A stretch of 64,000 bases of DNA from Octopus vulgaris. Lineage: Eukaryota. The stretch spans positions 163,122,001 to 163,186,000 of the forward strand of contig OX597817.1 in assembly GCA_951406725.2 (NCBI GenBank), written 5' to 3'. The translations under genes and the position numbers were made by a program. Below are positions 53,756-64,000 of this stretch, in pieces; within the stretch, counting starts at the first letter, position 1, and every line of letters starts with the position of its first letter. A model generated the notes under the pieces. That model saw nothing but the letters and a program-made list of their open reading frames with translations, was not told where the DNA came from and made no database searches.

Positions 53756-54409
53756 GACGGGCTTCTTTCAGTTTCCGTCTACCAAATCCACTCACAAGGC
53801 TTTGGTCAGCCCGAGGCTATAGTAGAAGACACTTACCCAAGGTACCACTCAGTGGGACTGAACCCAGAACCATGTGGTTGGTAAGTAAGCTGCTTACCAC
53901 ACATCCTCAAAAGTTCAGAGCTTCACATTCGCTGGAGTAAATCAAAAAGAGAAGCACAGACGTAGCCATAATGATGTTCATGAAAATAAATAACCCGCTG
54001 TCCGATAAGAACTCTTCTCTGCTTCACAAACACTGTGGAACACATCTACATTTTGATATGTTGACATAATGTTCTCTCACCAAGTAATTATAGAATTAAC
54101 AATTTCAGCAATACTTCTATTTTTCTGAAACTTTCTTCAAATCTCCTAGAATGAGTTCGCACTTTGCCGATGATATATTGTATACGTAACATGTTGACCA
54201 CCTTTTGTGTTCTATTAATATATGATACGAAGGTTGAGTGTGTCGACTGTACAAAAGGTGTGGAATGTTCGTGTATGTACATGACATTTCTAACATGGGG
54301 TGTTGATGTATAAATATATATATATATTCATTTAACTTTTATGCAGAAAACGTTGACAGTAGCTTCGAAGTTTCGCTTTCTAAAAGTTTAATAAACATGT
54401 TTTTTTTTT

Positions 54410-54592
54410 CGCCCTTTTCAAGGTTAGTCACGCTCATGGGCCAGGTTTCCCGGTTTCCGTGGCGTGTGTCCCCCCCCCCCACCAGCTGGACAGGAAGAGA
54501 GAGTGAGAGAAAGTTGTGGCGAATGAGTACAACAGGAGTCGCCATCACCCCCCTGCTGGAGCCTCGTGGAGCTTTTAGGTGTTCCGAGTGCG
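54410..54592 (-). mobile_element. SINE family C/D chimera, 5'-truncated
   Basis: Matches 58878-59070. Confidence 0.75.
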
Positions 54593-54597
54593 AACAT

Positions 54598-54725
<128 letters not shown>

Positions 54726-55057
54726 CAGCACTCATCTGGATCTTTTTCCCTGCTCATGTCTTACCTATATTTGTCAACTTGAAGTTATTCAAGGAGAAAC
54801 TTAATCCCGTTCCAGTGACTGGGGGCCTGCAAAAGCGTCGGGCACAACCCATTCCTCCACACGGAATCCTTTAAAAGGTCGCCAAGAAAATATCTCAAGC
54901 AACCAGTTGATTCTTTTTGCTGCCGCTGTTTTTTTCTGGCTGATGATGTTGTTGTTATTGTTAATGAATCGCCACATCTCATTGCTAATTAAACAGACTT
55001 AACTTAGTATTAATCGTTCAGTAACAATACTCTGCAAAGTCTCTTTGTTTGTTTGTT

Positions 55058-55677
55058 TGTTCCTTCCTTCCTTCCTTCCTTCCTTTCTTCATTCCTTCCT
55101 TTCTTCATTCCTTCCTTTCTTCATTCCTTCCTTTCTTCATTCCTTCCTTTCCTTCCTTCCTTCCTTCCTTCTTTCCTTCCTTCCTTCCTTCCTTCCTTCC
55201 TTCCTTCCTTTCTTCATTCCTTCCTTTCTTCATTCCTTCCTTCCTTCCTTCCTTCCTTCCTTCCTTCCTTCCTTCCTTCCTTTCTTTCTTTCTTTCTTTC
55301 TTTCTTTCCTTCCTTCCTTCCTTCCTTCCTTCCTTTCTTTCATTCCTTCCTTCCTTCCTTCCTTCCTTCCTTCCTTTCTTCATTCCTTCCTTTCTTCATT
55401 CCTTCCTTTCTTCCTTATTTCCTTCCTTCCTTCCTTTCTTCATTCCTTCCTTCCATCCTTCCTTCCTTTATTCATTCCTTCCTTTCTTCATTCCTTCCTT
55501 TCTTCCTTTCTTCATTCCTTCCTTTCTTCATTCCTTCCTTCCTTTCTTCATTCCTTCCTTTCTTCCTTCCTTCCTTCCTTCCTTTCTTCATTCCTTCCTT
55601 TCTTCATTCCTTCCTTTCTTCATTCCTTCCTTTCTTCATTCCTTCCTTTCTTCATTCCTTCCTTTCTTCATTCCTTC

Positions 55678-55714
<37 letters not shown>

Positions 55715-55752
55715 TTTCTCTCTTTCTTTCTTTCTCTCTTTCTTTCTTTCTC

Positions 55753-55800
<48 letters not shown>

Positions 55801-55827
55801 ACTTTCTTTCTTCCTTTCTTTCTTTCT
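55058..55827. repeat. ~770-bp polypyrimidine tract: (TTCC)n/(TTTC)n with a 16-mer higher-order unit
   Basis: Recurrent CCTTTCTTCATTCCTT unit; almost no purines on the + strand. Confidence 0.95.
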
Positions 55828-56066
55828 AAACCTTTAGCATTCAGATTACCCTGTCAAATGTAACGATTAGTTATTCATACTGTTTTAAAATTAATCATGC
55901 ATTATCTGGGAGCTTTGAGGTTTTGGTGATGTATTTGTTTATTTTTAAAGTGACATTGTAGAAAAGGTGTGAGAGGCCAGGTCTGGCCACTTTGAACACA
56001 AAACAAATTGATTATTTGGACCCGGTACGGCCTGATTAAATGCTAATAGGTCAAAACTGTATAGAG

Positions 56067-56462
56067 TGATGTGAGGAAAATTTAACTGTTATTTCTAACA
56101 AAATACTTCAATTTTGTCTTTATTTCTCGTGAAGTGTGAGGGAGATTAAGCAGCTATTTCTCATTGACTCCTTCAATTTTGTATTAAATTCTACTGACGT
56201 GTGATTTGAGGGAGATTAAACAGCTATTTCTAACAGACTATTTCAATTTTGTATTAATGTCTATTTACGTGTGATTTGAGGGAGATTTAGCAGCTATTTC
56301 TAACAGACTATTTCAATTTTGTATTTATTTCTATTGACGTGTGATTTGAGGGAGATTTAGTAGCTATTTCTAACAGGCTTTTTCAATTTTGTATTAATTT
56401 CTACTGACGTGTGATTTGAGGGAGATTTAGCAGCTATTTCTAACAGACTGCTTCAATTTTGT
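56067..56462. repeat. Minisatellite, about 6 x 70 bp
   Basis: GTGATTTGAGGGAGATT at 56201, 56271, 56341 and 56411, plus two diverged upstream copies. Confidence 0.9.
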
Positions 56463-57283
56463 GTTCATCGCTGGTGAAAAGCCACCATATTAATATACAA
56501 TTAACCTTGTAAATTACAAGTTTATCTTGATGTCTTATGTTCGCTGTCATTTCGCTTTGCTAGAACGAATCTAATATCTAAGAGGTAAAGTAAATAACCA
56601 GAGAACAACGACATTCTGGGTTAAGTGTTCGAGTTAGCTGCTAGCGCTGTGGAGTTGCTTACCTATTACCACAGACAATGCTCTTTACTCGTAAGCTCAT
56701 ACACATATGTAAATGAATATGCACACCAGTAATACAAACTTACATACACACACCTTCCTATATATAAGCCTATATGTATGTATGTGTATAAACAGACACA
56801 CACCCCCACTGTCTATCTCTCTCTCACACACATACGCACGCACGCATACATATATTTTTATGTAAGGATGCATTTGTCTATATATGGCTTTATTAATAGA
56901 AATGCGCAAAGTCATATAAATATAGGTGCAATATAAATATATAGTTGAGGCCTGAGAAATCGTTAGCCACGTATCTGCACATTGACATGGCCCTTCACCC
57001 ACACACATACAGAGTATATCAGATGATTATTTAATGTATGTGAGCATTGATGCGCGTGTGTTCGGCAGAGATATGCAAACTTCTTTTTCTGTTTTTCTCT
57101 CTCTCTCTCACCGCACACATACACATAAACACATACACACACACACACACTTGTGTACTTACACACACTCGTGTACATGCATGCATACATGCATGCATAA
57201 CACACATGCACACTCAAACACATGTTTATACGCATGAAATAGATTCATACACAGCATTGTCTGTTTGGACCTTCAAATGAATT

Positions 57284-57324
<41 letters not shown>

Positions 57325-57349
57325 CATATATATATACACACACACACAC

Positions 57350-57380
<31 letters not shown>

Positions 57381-57385
57381 CATAT

Positions 57386-57422
<37 letters not shown>

Positions 57423-57445
57423 CATACATATATATATATACATGC

Positions 57446-57479
<34 letters not shown>

Positions 57480-57511
57480 ATACATACATACATATACATA
57501 TATATATATAC

Positions 57512-57552
<41 letters not shown>

Positions 57553-57574
57553 TATATGTATGTATATGCGTGTG

Positions 57575-57619
<45 letters not shown>

Positions 57620-58004
57620 TATACATGCATAGTTATACAAACATACATATACGTATATGTGTGAATGCGCGCATGTATATATGGATAACAAGGAAATGCT
57701 GTCAAGCAATAGCGTGAGGTGTCTTTATCAAAACGCGCATTCTTAAACATCTGAAACAATCCTGCCACTATAAAACTGCCGTTTCAGAAAAGAAAACATT
57801 GATAGAAATCAGATTCTAGTTCCATATCTGAACACGACAGCTGCAAATGAAGTTCTTGTGAGAGTCTATACTTAGGAATTGTTTGGCAGGCTTGGCATTT
57901 TTGCTCTATTTATATCGCGAATTTAAAGAATAAAATGTATTTTGAGTTGTCCACTGGCAGCGAGTACCATTTCTTGTATAACTCTGTGTTTTTATCACAG
58001 AGAG

Positions 58005-58057
<53 letters not shown>

Positions 58058-58092
58058 AGCATACAGGTCCACACAATACACATACATGTATA

Positions 58093-58150
<58 letters not shown>

Positions 58151-58208
58151 TATATTTGTATATATACATGTATATTTATATATGTGTATATATATGTATA
58201 TATAAATG

Positions 58209-58242
<34 letters not shown>

Positions 58243-58274
58243 GGCACACAGGTCCACACACATACACACACATG

Positions 58275-58321
<47 letters not shown>

Positions 58322-58877
58322 ACAAGTATATATTTGTATATGTATGTATGTATGCATGTATTCTTGTATGTATGTATGTCATTTCGTTTACTGTTTACTG
58401 TTCCAGTAAATTATTCTGCTTTTGAGATTAAACAGGATTGCGCATTAGAATATTAAAATACCTCGTATGTGTATTTTAGTGCCTATTAGCGAGTGATAAC
58501 ACAGAAAAGTCATAGAGGGAACTCAGTAATGTTGTACAGTGGTGATAACATCCGTTAAGAAGTAAAATAATTAGTTGCTTACGCGCCCATTACTGCACAG
58601 TTTCACCGTTGTAAATTGTAGCATGTGACGGCCAATTCATATTTGTTCGGCAAGATCGTTAAAAATGAGGTAATTTGGCACCGTTATGCATAGTAATCAA
58701 TGGGGGAGACAACTTCTAGATTTTCCTGCATGATAGCTACCTTACAGACGGCATATGAATACGTTTAGCAAATTTCTAATAAAAGGACAAATATAGATTA
58801 AGCACCTTAAATTCTCAAGATGGAAATAAGCTTTGTAAAAGCTAGAACGTTAAGGTAACCATAAACGATAAACGTCA

Positions 58878-59172
58878 CCCTTTTCAAGCCTAGCCAGGCT
58901 CATGGGCCCGGTTTCCCGGTTTCTGTGGCGTATGTGTTCCCCTCAGCTGGACGGGGCGCCAGTCCATCGCAGCGTTACCCAAGAAACAGGAAGAAAGAGT
59001 GAGAGAAAGTTGTGGCGAAAGAGTACAACAGGGATCGCCACCTGCCGGGGCCTCATGGAGCGTTTTAGGTGTTTTCGCTCAATGAACACACACAACGCCC
59101 GGTCTGGGAAACGAAATCGCGATCCTCCGACCGCGAGTCCGGTGCCCTAACTACTGGGCCCTTGCGCCTCCA
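58878..59172 (-). mobile_element. SINE family C head with family D tail
   Basis: Family C head and body followed by GAAACCGGGAAACCGGGCCCATGAG...GGCTAGGCTT as in 31440-31480. Confidence 0.85.
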
Positions 59173-59923
59173 CAGAAAGTTAAGGTGGATACGGCAATTT
59201 AAAAAGATGAATTAAACAAACTAAATTTGTATAAAATAAGATAGACAAAATCATAAAATGGTATAGTGATTGGTTTTTTTAAATAATAATAAAATAATTT
59301 TAGGAGGAGAGAAACAGGATAAGAGATTAGTCAGGAAGATATGTAGGTTACCGTGACATCAATAAAAATTTGGAGAAATGCTTACAAAATGCGAAATATT
59401 TCGAATGGGTGTTAAACCATTGGAACAGAGTTTGCGTATCTCCTCTTCATGTAGTCCTTGTGGCGCTCTGCAAGTTACCAAATATACTTCGAGAAAACTG
59501 TAGATGTTTTTTTTTCCTATCTATCTCTAAAGGAGAATCCATCTTCTGTCATTTCAATATAATTCTTGGTTTCCAATGCCCAGCTGTAGTTGTTAGAAGT
59601 AACTATCGGTTCAAACGCTATTACTTAGGCGTTGCAAGCATTGGTAGCAGGGCATATGTCCTAGTTTCCTGAAATTGTACTTATATAGTGGTATTCTAAA
59701 TCTGCTGCATAAACTGCTTTTAATATTAGTTGTGCTACTTTCAAACATTATGTCACTTTCAAGCATTTTTTATTGAATATAGATTAATAACAGCAGTTGT
59801 TTCGAGAGTACATTTCTTATAGATTTATAGATTCGTTAACTCATGCCCAATAAGCGTTCAGTTTCAAAGAAATATACAATAAACAAGTATGTATGTATGT
59901 ATATGTTTATGTGTATATGTATG

Positions 59924-59976
<53 letters not shown>

Positions 59977-60214
59977 GCACATACATGGCATACATGTGTC
60001 TATACGTACGTAAGTAAATATGCTTGTCAATATGTCAGCTTTGCTTTACATCATTTCGGGTTCGTTAAAATAAGTTTCATTTGAGTGGTAGGTTCGATGC
60101 ATTTCACTTAACCGTCTTCCAGTTTGTGTCTTTGTGTGTATGCTATATATGAAAACATGTGTAACAATTAGCTAGCAACACATAAACGCATATAAAATTG
60201 CGCATCATTTTGCA

Positions 60215-60304
<90 letters not shown>

Positions 60305-60306
<2 letters not shown>

Positions 60307-60616
60307 ACCGTGATCACCGTGACCGACCAGGCTATCAGATGTTGTTACACATCGCTGGTCACAATGCGCTTCGCGTTGGTTTAGCCTTCAAATGACGCCA
60401 CCCCGCTGTCTAAACGAGCAGGCCAACAGAAGAAAGAGTGAGAGAAAGTTGTGGCGAAAGAGTACAACAGGGATAGCCACCACCCCCTGCCGCAGCCTCG
60501 TGGAGCTTTTTTCTTAGGTGTTTTCGCTCAGTAAACACTCACAACGCCCGGTCTGGGAATTGAAACCGCGATCCTACGACCGCGAGTCCGCTGCCCTAAC
60601 CACTGAGCCATTGCGC

Positions 60617-60619
<3 letters not shown>
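60305..60619 (-). mobile_element. SINE family C head with a third tail type
   Basis: Family C head and body, then a distinct 3' segment ending ...GGTCACGGTGATCACGGTGATAGA into (GATA)n. Confidence 0.8.
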
Positions 60620-60684
<65 letters not shown>

Positions 60685-61320
60685 ACACATATATACATAC
60701 ACGTATACATACACATACAAGTAAAAATATTTGATTACACCTGCGTTAACTCCATTTTTTATTCATATATATATATATATATATGTACAATAGAAACAAA
60801 AAGCGCTTCCAGACTGTGTATTGAGTTGGTGTTAATGGAACGTCCATGCATATTCCAGTGTGTGTAAAACCGTTTTCGCAATTATGAAATGGCGTCATTA
60901 TCAAGATGTAAACATAAAAAAACAAAAACAAAAACAAACACACAAACAAACGAAAAAGCTAATATTTTACATGTTTTTTCTTCAAATATTAAAACTTAAC
61001 GTCTGTTTTTATCGTGTATTTAAACTAGTAATCAAATATAAAGCCAGCAATTTGCAGTGGGATGAAATTATATTTATTAGCCGAATGCCAACAACTGCCC
61101 AAGTGAAATATTGAATTTAGAAGAAAAAATATGATGATTCGATCTAGTTTTAGCTTCATTTTAATAATCCGCTGCAGAATCTCTTTAATTGAAAAACCAA
61201 GATTATGCAAGCAGTTAGGTGATTTCATGAGAGGTGGCCGTGAAGCAGAATATGATTGCATGCACGCCAGTGGCATATGATTCAGTGATAGAGCTTGTTC
61301 TCTCACAGAATTCAATGAAT

Positions 61321-61461
<141 letters not shown>

Positions 61462-61520
61462 AGAGAGAGAGAGAGAGAGACAATGAAAGAGAGAGAGAGA
61501 GAGTGAGTGAGAGAGAGCGA

Positions 61521-61613
61521 GAAGGAATTATGCGGATAAAGACATTAAATATAACAGCTTGTATATCAAACTGAAGCTGTTATATTTAATTTGTTTATCC
61601 GCATAATTGCTTC
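61521..61613. repeat. 93-nt hairpin
   Basis: GAAGGAATTATGCGGATAAA gac ATTAAATATAACAGCTT / AAGCTGTTATATTTAAT ttg TTTATCCGCATAATTGCTTC. Confidence 0.75.
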
Positions 61614-61745
61614 CATATTTACCCACCTTGATCTCTCTTATAACCACTCTTTACCTCGCGGAATTGATCCCTCGTAAAGACATCGGAGTTTAAGCTCGAA
61701 TCATTTCAACATTACTAAGTGTTTTCTATACCGAAAATCTCCGAT

Positions 61746-61829
<84 letters not shown>

Positions 61830-62037
61830 GTACATATGTACTAACATGCAAGTACACATACATATATGTATGTATTTTAGTAATAGTTATGACGAAATAT
61901 ACTCAAAAGTACTCAATGTTATAGAATATAAATGATTTCATTTGGTCGGTTGTAACAAACGCCAGAACATACCAACAGTTGTACGAAACGTAAGTTCACC
62001 ACACTAGAATATATATGCAAATACACACGCACATACG

Positions 62038-62091
<54 letters not shown>

Positions 62092-62097
<6 letters not shown>

Positions 62098-62428
62098 TAG
62101 ATAAACTTAGATATGTTTCGTCCAAAGATTGGTCCAGGCCATGTCTAACTTAATAGCACCACCTGATAGGATTATCTAAATCCTGTTTAAGTCAAGTTTT
62201 GTTTATGGTCTATTCAAGTAGTGAGTTCTTGTTGAGTGAGTTGTATCCAAGTATGGGTGGCTTATCCGGTATTCCTTGAAGAAATCTGTCCAGACTCCGT
62301 TTAAAGGTGATGAGATCCTTTTCCTCTTTGATCTCTTTAGGGACAATGTTAAACAGGGTAGGGCCTGTTGAGGAAAAGAATTTATGTTGCAGTGTACTAT
62401 ATGCTGCGATCCTGAATTGGGCAGGAGA
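62092..62428 (-). mobile_element. CR1-like LINE 3' end
   Basis: Minus-strand FFSSTGPTLFNIVPKEIKEEKDLITFKRSLDRFLQGIPDKPPILGYNSLNKNSLLE*, a short UTR and a (TCTAAGTTTA)2 tail. Confidence 0.8.
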
Positions 62429-62448
62429 CGTATATATATCTATATATC

Positions 62449-62556
<108 letters not shown>

Positions 62557-62848
62557 TAATAATAAAGGGTGAAATTAATTAATTTGGAATAATTATCAAT
62601 TACACCAAGTAGATTTCGGCATGTAAAAGCCCTATTCGAGGAAAATTTAAGTAATACTAAGTAATTAAGGGTTTAGCAACGAATTGCCTCACCAACACAC
62701 CGAATTTAGAAATAGCAGTCAAAGAGATATAGCTATTCCTTCTACTAAAAGGGGGATCTCAGTAAAAACACAGCACTTGAAAGGCAAACACAGACAGGTA
62801 AGAAAGAAAGAATGAAATGACGGCAATCTATCATACAATTTTAAGTTA

Positions 62849-62940
62849 CCTACGGACGTACGTTTCGAAATCAAGTTTTAGGAAAGCATAAGAATTAGAA
62901 AATTCTACCTTACCCAAACTTCTTTTCTCATCGGCGCAGG
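62849..62940 (-). ncRNA. Type I hammerhead motif (left arm)
   Basis: Mirror of 63080-63171; the arm mismatch gives a G-U pair in helix I. Confidence 0.65.
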
Positions 62941-63079
62941 ATACTACAATTATGAATAATTGTATATTAAATTTTGAGATACTAGAAGGCATTATCTCAA
63001 CTCAGTGTCAGACACTGAGTTGAGATAATGCCTTCTAGTATCTCAAAATTTAATATACAATTATTCATAATTGTAGTAT

Positions 63080-63171
63080 CCTACGCCGATGAGAAAAGAA
63101 GTTTGGGTAAGGTAGAATTTTCTAATTCTTATGCTTTCCTAAAACTTGATTTCGAAACGTACGTCCGTAGG
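63080..63171 (+). ncRNA. Type I hammerhead motif with extended helix II (core CCGAUGA)
   Basis: CCTACG-CCGATGA-GAAA...long imperfect stem...TTTC-GAAA-CGTACG-TC-CGTAGG; palindromic helix III, GUC site, U4C variant. Confidence 0.68.
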
Positions 63172-63362
63172 TAACTTAAAATTGTATGATAGATTGCCGT
63201 CATTTCATTCTTTCTTTCTTACCTGTCTGTGTTTGCCTTTCAAGTGCTGTGTTTTTACTGAGATCCCCCTTTTAGTAGAAGGAATAGCTATATCTCTTTG
63301 ACTGCTATTTCTAAATTCGGTGTGTTGGTGAGGCAATTCGTTGCTAAACCCTTAATTACTTA

Positions 63363-63433
<71 letters not shown>

Positions 63434-64000
63434 CAGAATACTGACGACCAACCATAAACTACCAGAGTATCTTCTGATATAATGCAGTATACAATTTTCA
63501 AAATGATAATATGAAACTTATGAACTTTAACGCAACAGAGTGATCGGTCCTGATCAAATTCAAACCAAAGTCCTGAGGGAATTCTATGTCATTTATTTCA
63601 CCTTTGCTTTTCTTGCGATACATTTCTAAATAAGTGTAAGATCGTCCCTGTGATATTGATACACAAGAAGGCATCTAGAGCCTATTTCTCAAAATACCAG
63701 ATCATACCATTATTCAGTATAATAAAAAAAACCGTAATGGAATCGACAGATAATAAATAACTGTGAGGCTACCTGCTGAAAAACTCATTTCTAGACGCTT
63801 TGGCTTTAGACCAAACAGTTATACATCAGATCTGTTATCTTTTTCTAGACATGACACAGATTAGCAGAATGTAGATCAAAATTCATGTAGCATAGCTCTG
63901 AACAAGTCTGGCCTCTGGATCCTGCACCAAGTTGAAATCCAACGGTGCAAGTGAATGATCCTGCAAAGTCGACTTTTTAGATTTATTTACTGCTCTGTCA

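Larger units (their letters stand above)
52800..53902 (-). mobile_element. SINE family A split by a fold-back insertion in its (TA)n
   Basis: 3' half at about 52800-53050 and 5' half at about 53750-53902. Confidence 0.85.
52385..54099. repeat. Outer imperfect inverted repeat (arms about 345 bp: 52385-52730 / 53753-54099)
   Basis: About 195 bp of unique sequence plus the SINE A 5' half, present in both orientations with the same junction. Confidence 0.85.

Noticed and set aside
56067-56462. CRISPR-like array (also considered for 48474-49130 and 24448-25228)
   Set aside because: Whole units repeat with no unique spacers; eukaryotic context with no cas genes.
59390-59668. Candidate minus-strand exon (TTTCAG ... 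GTAAGC)
   Set aside because: No frame is open across it and no homology is recognised; it could be a UTR or lncRNA exon but cannot be supported.

Overview
AT-rich, microsatellite-dense eukaryotic non-coding DNA (intron or intergenic). The repeat landscape strongly suggests an octopus/cephalopod genome (inference). No intact protein-coding gene is supportable; nearly all supplied ORFs are microsatellite or SINE translations. The window holds dozens of copies of at least four tRNA-derived SINE families, decayed LINE fragments (R4/Dong-like, RTE, CR1-like, Penelope-like), two non-autonomous Helitrons, hAT- and mariner-type MITEs, and local tandem repeats. The most notable signal is a set of about 10 minimal type I hammerhead-ribozyme motifs in short non-coding elements, most of which end at (TA)n tracts. 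Two of these elements are near-perfect fold-backs (53177-53647 and 62654-63366) with a 1-nt loop, one hammerhead per arm and an unpaired tail ending in a shared GGTG...CACC stem. They look like non-autonomous Penelope-like (pLTR or retrozyme-like) elements that target TA microsatellites. Also seen: an RTE with twin-priming inversion geometry, a SINE that repeatedly nests inside its own copies at one site, and a larger inverted repeat enclosing one fold-back. All calls were read by eye and coordinates of old repeats are approximate.
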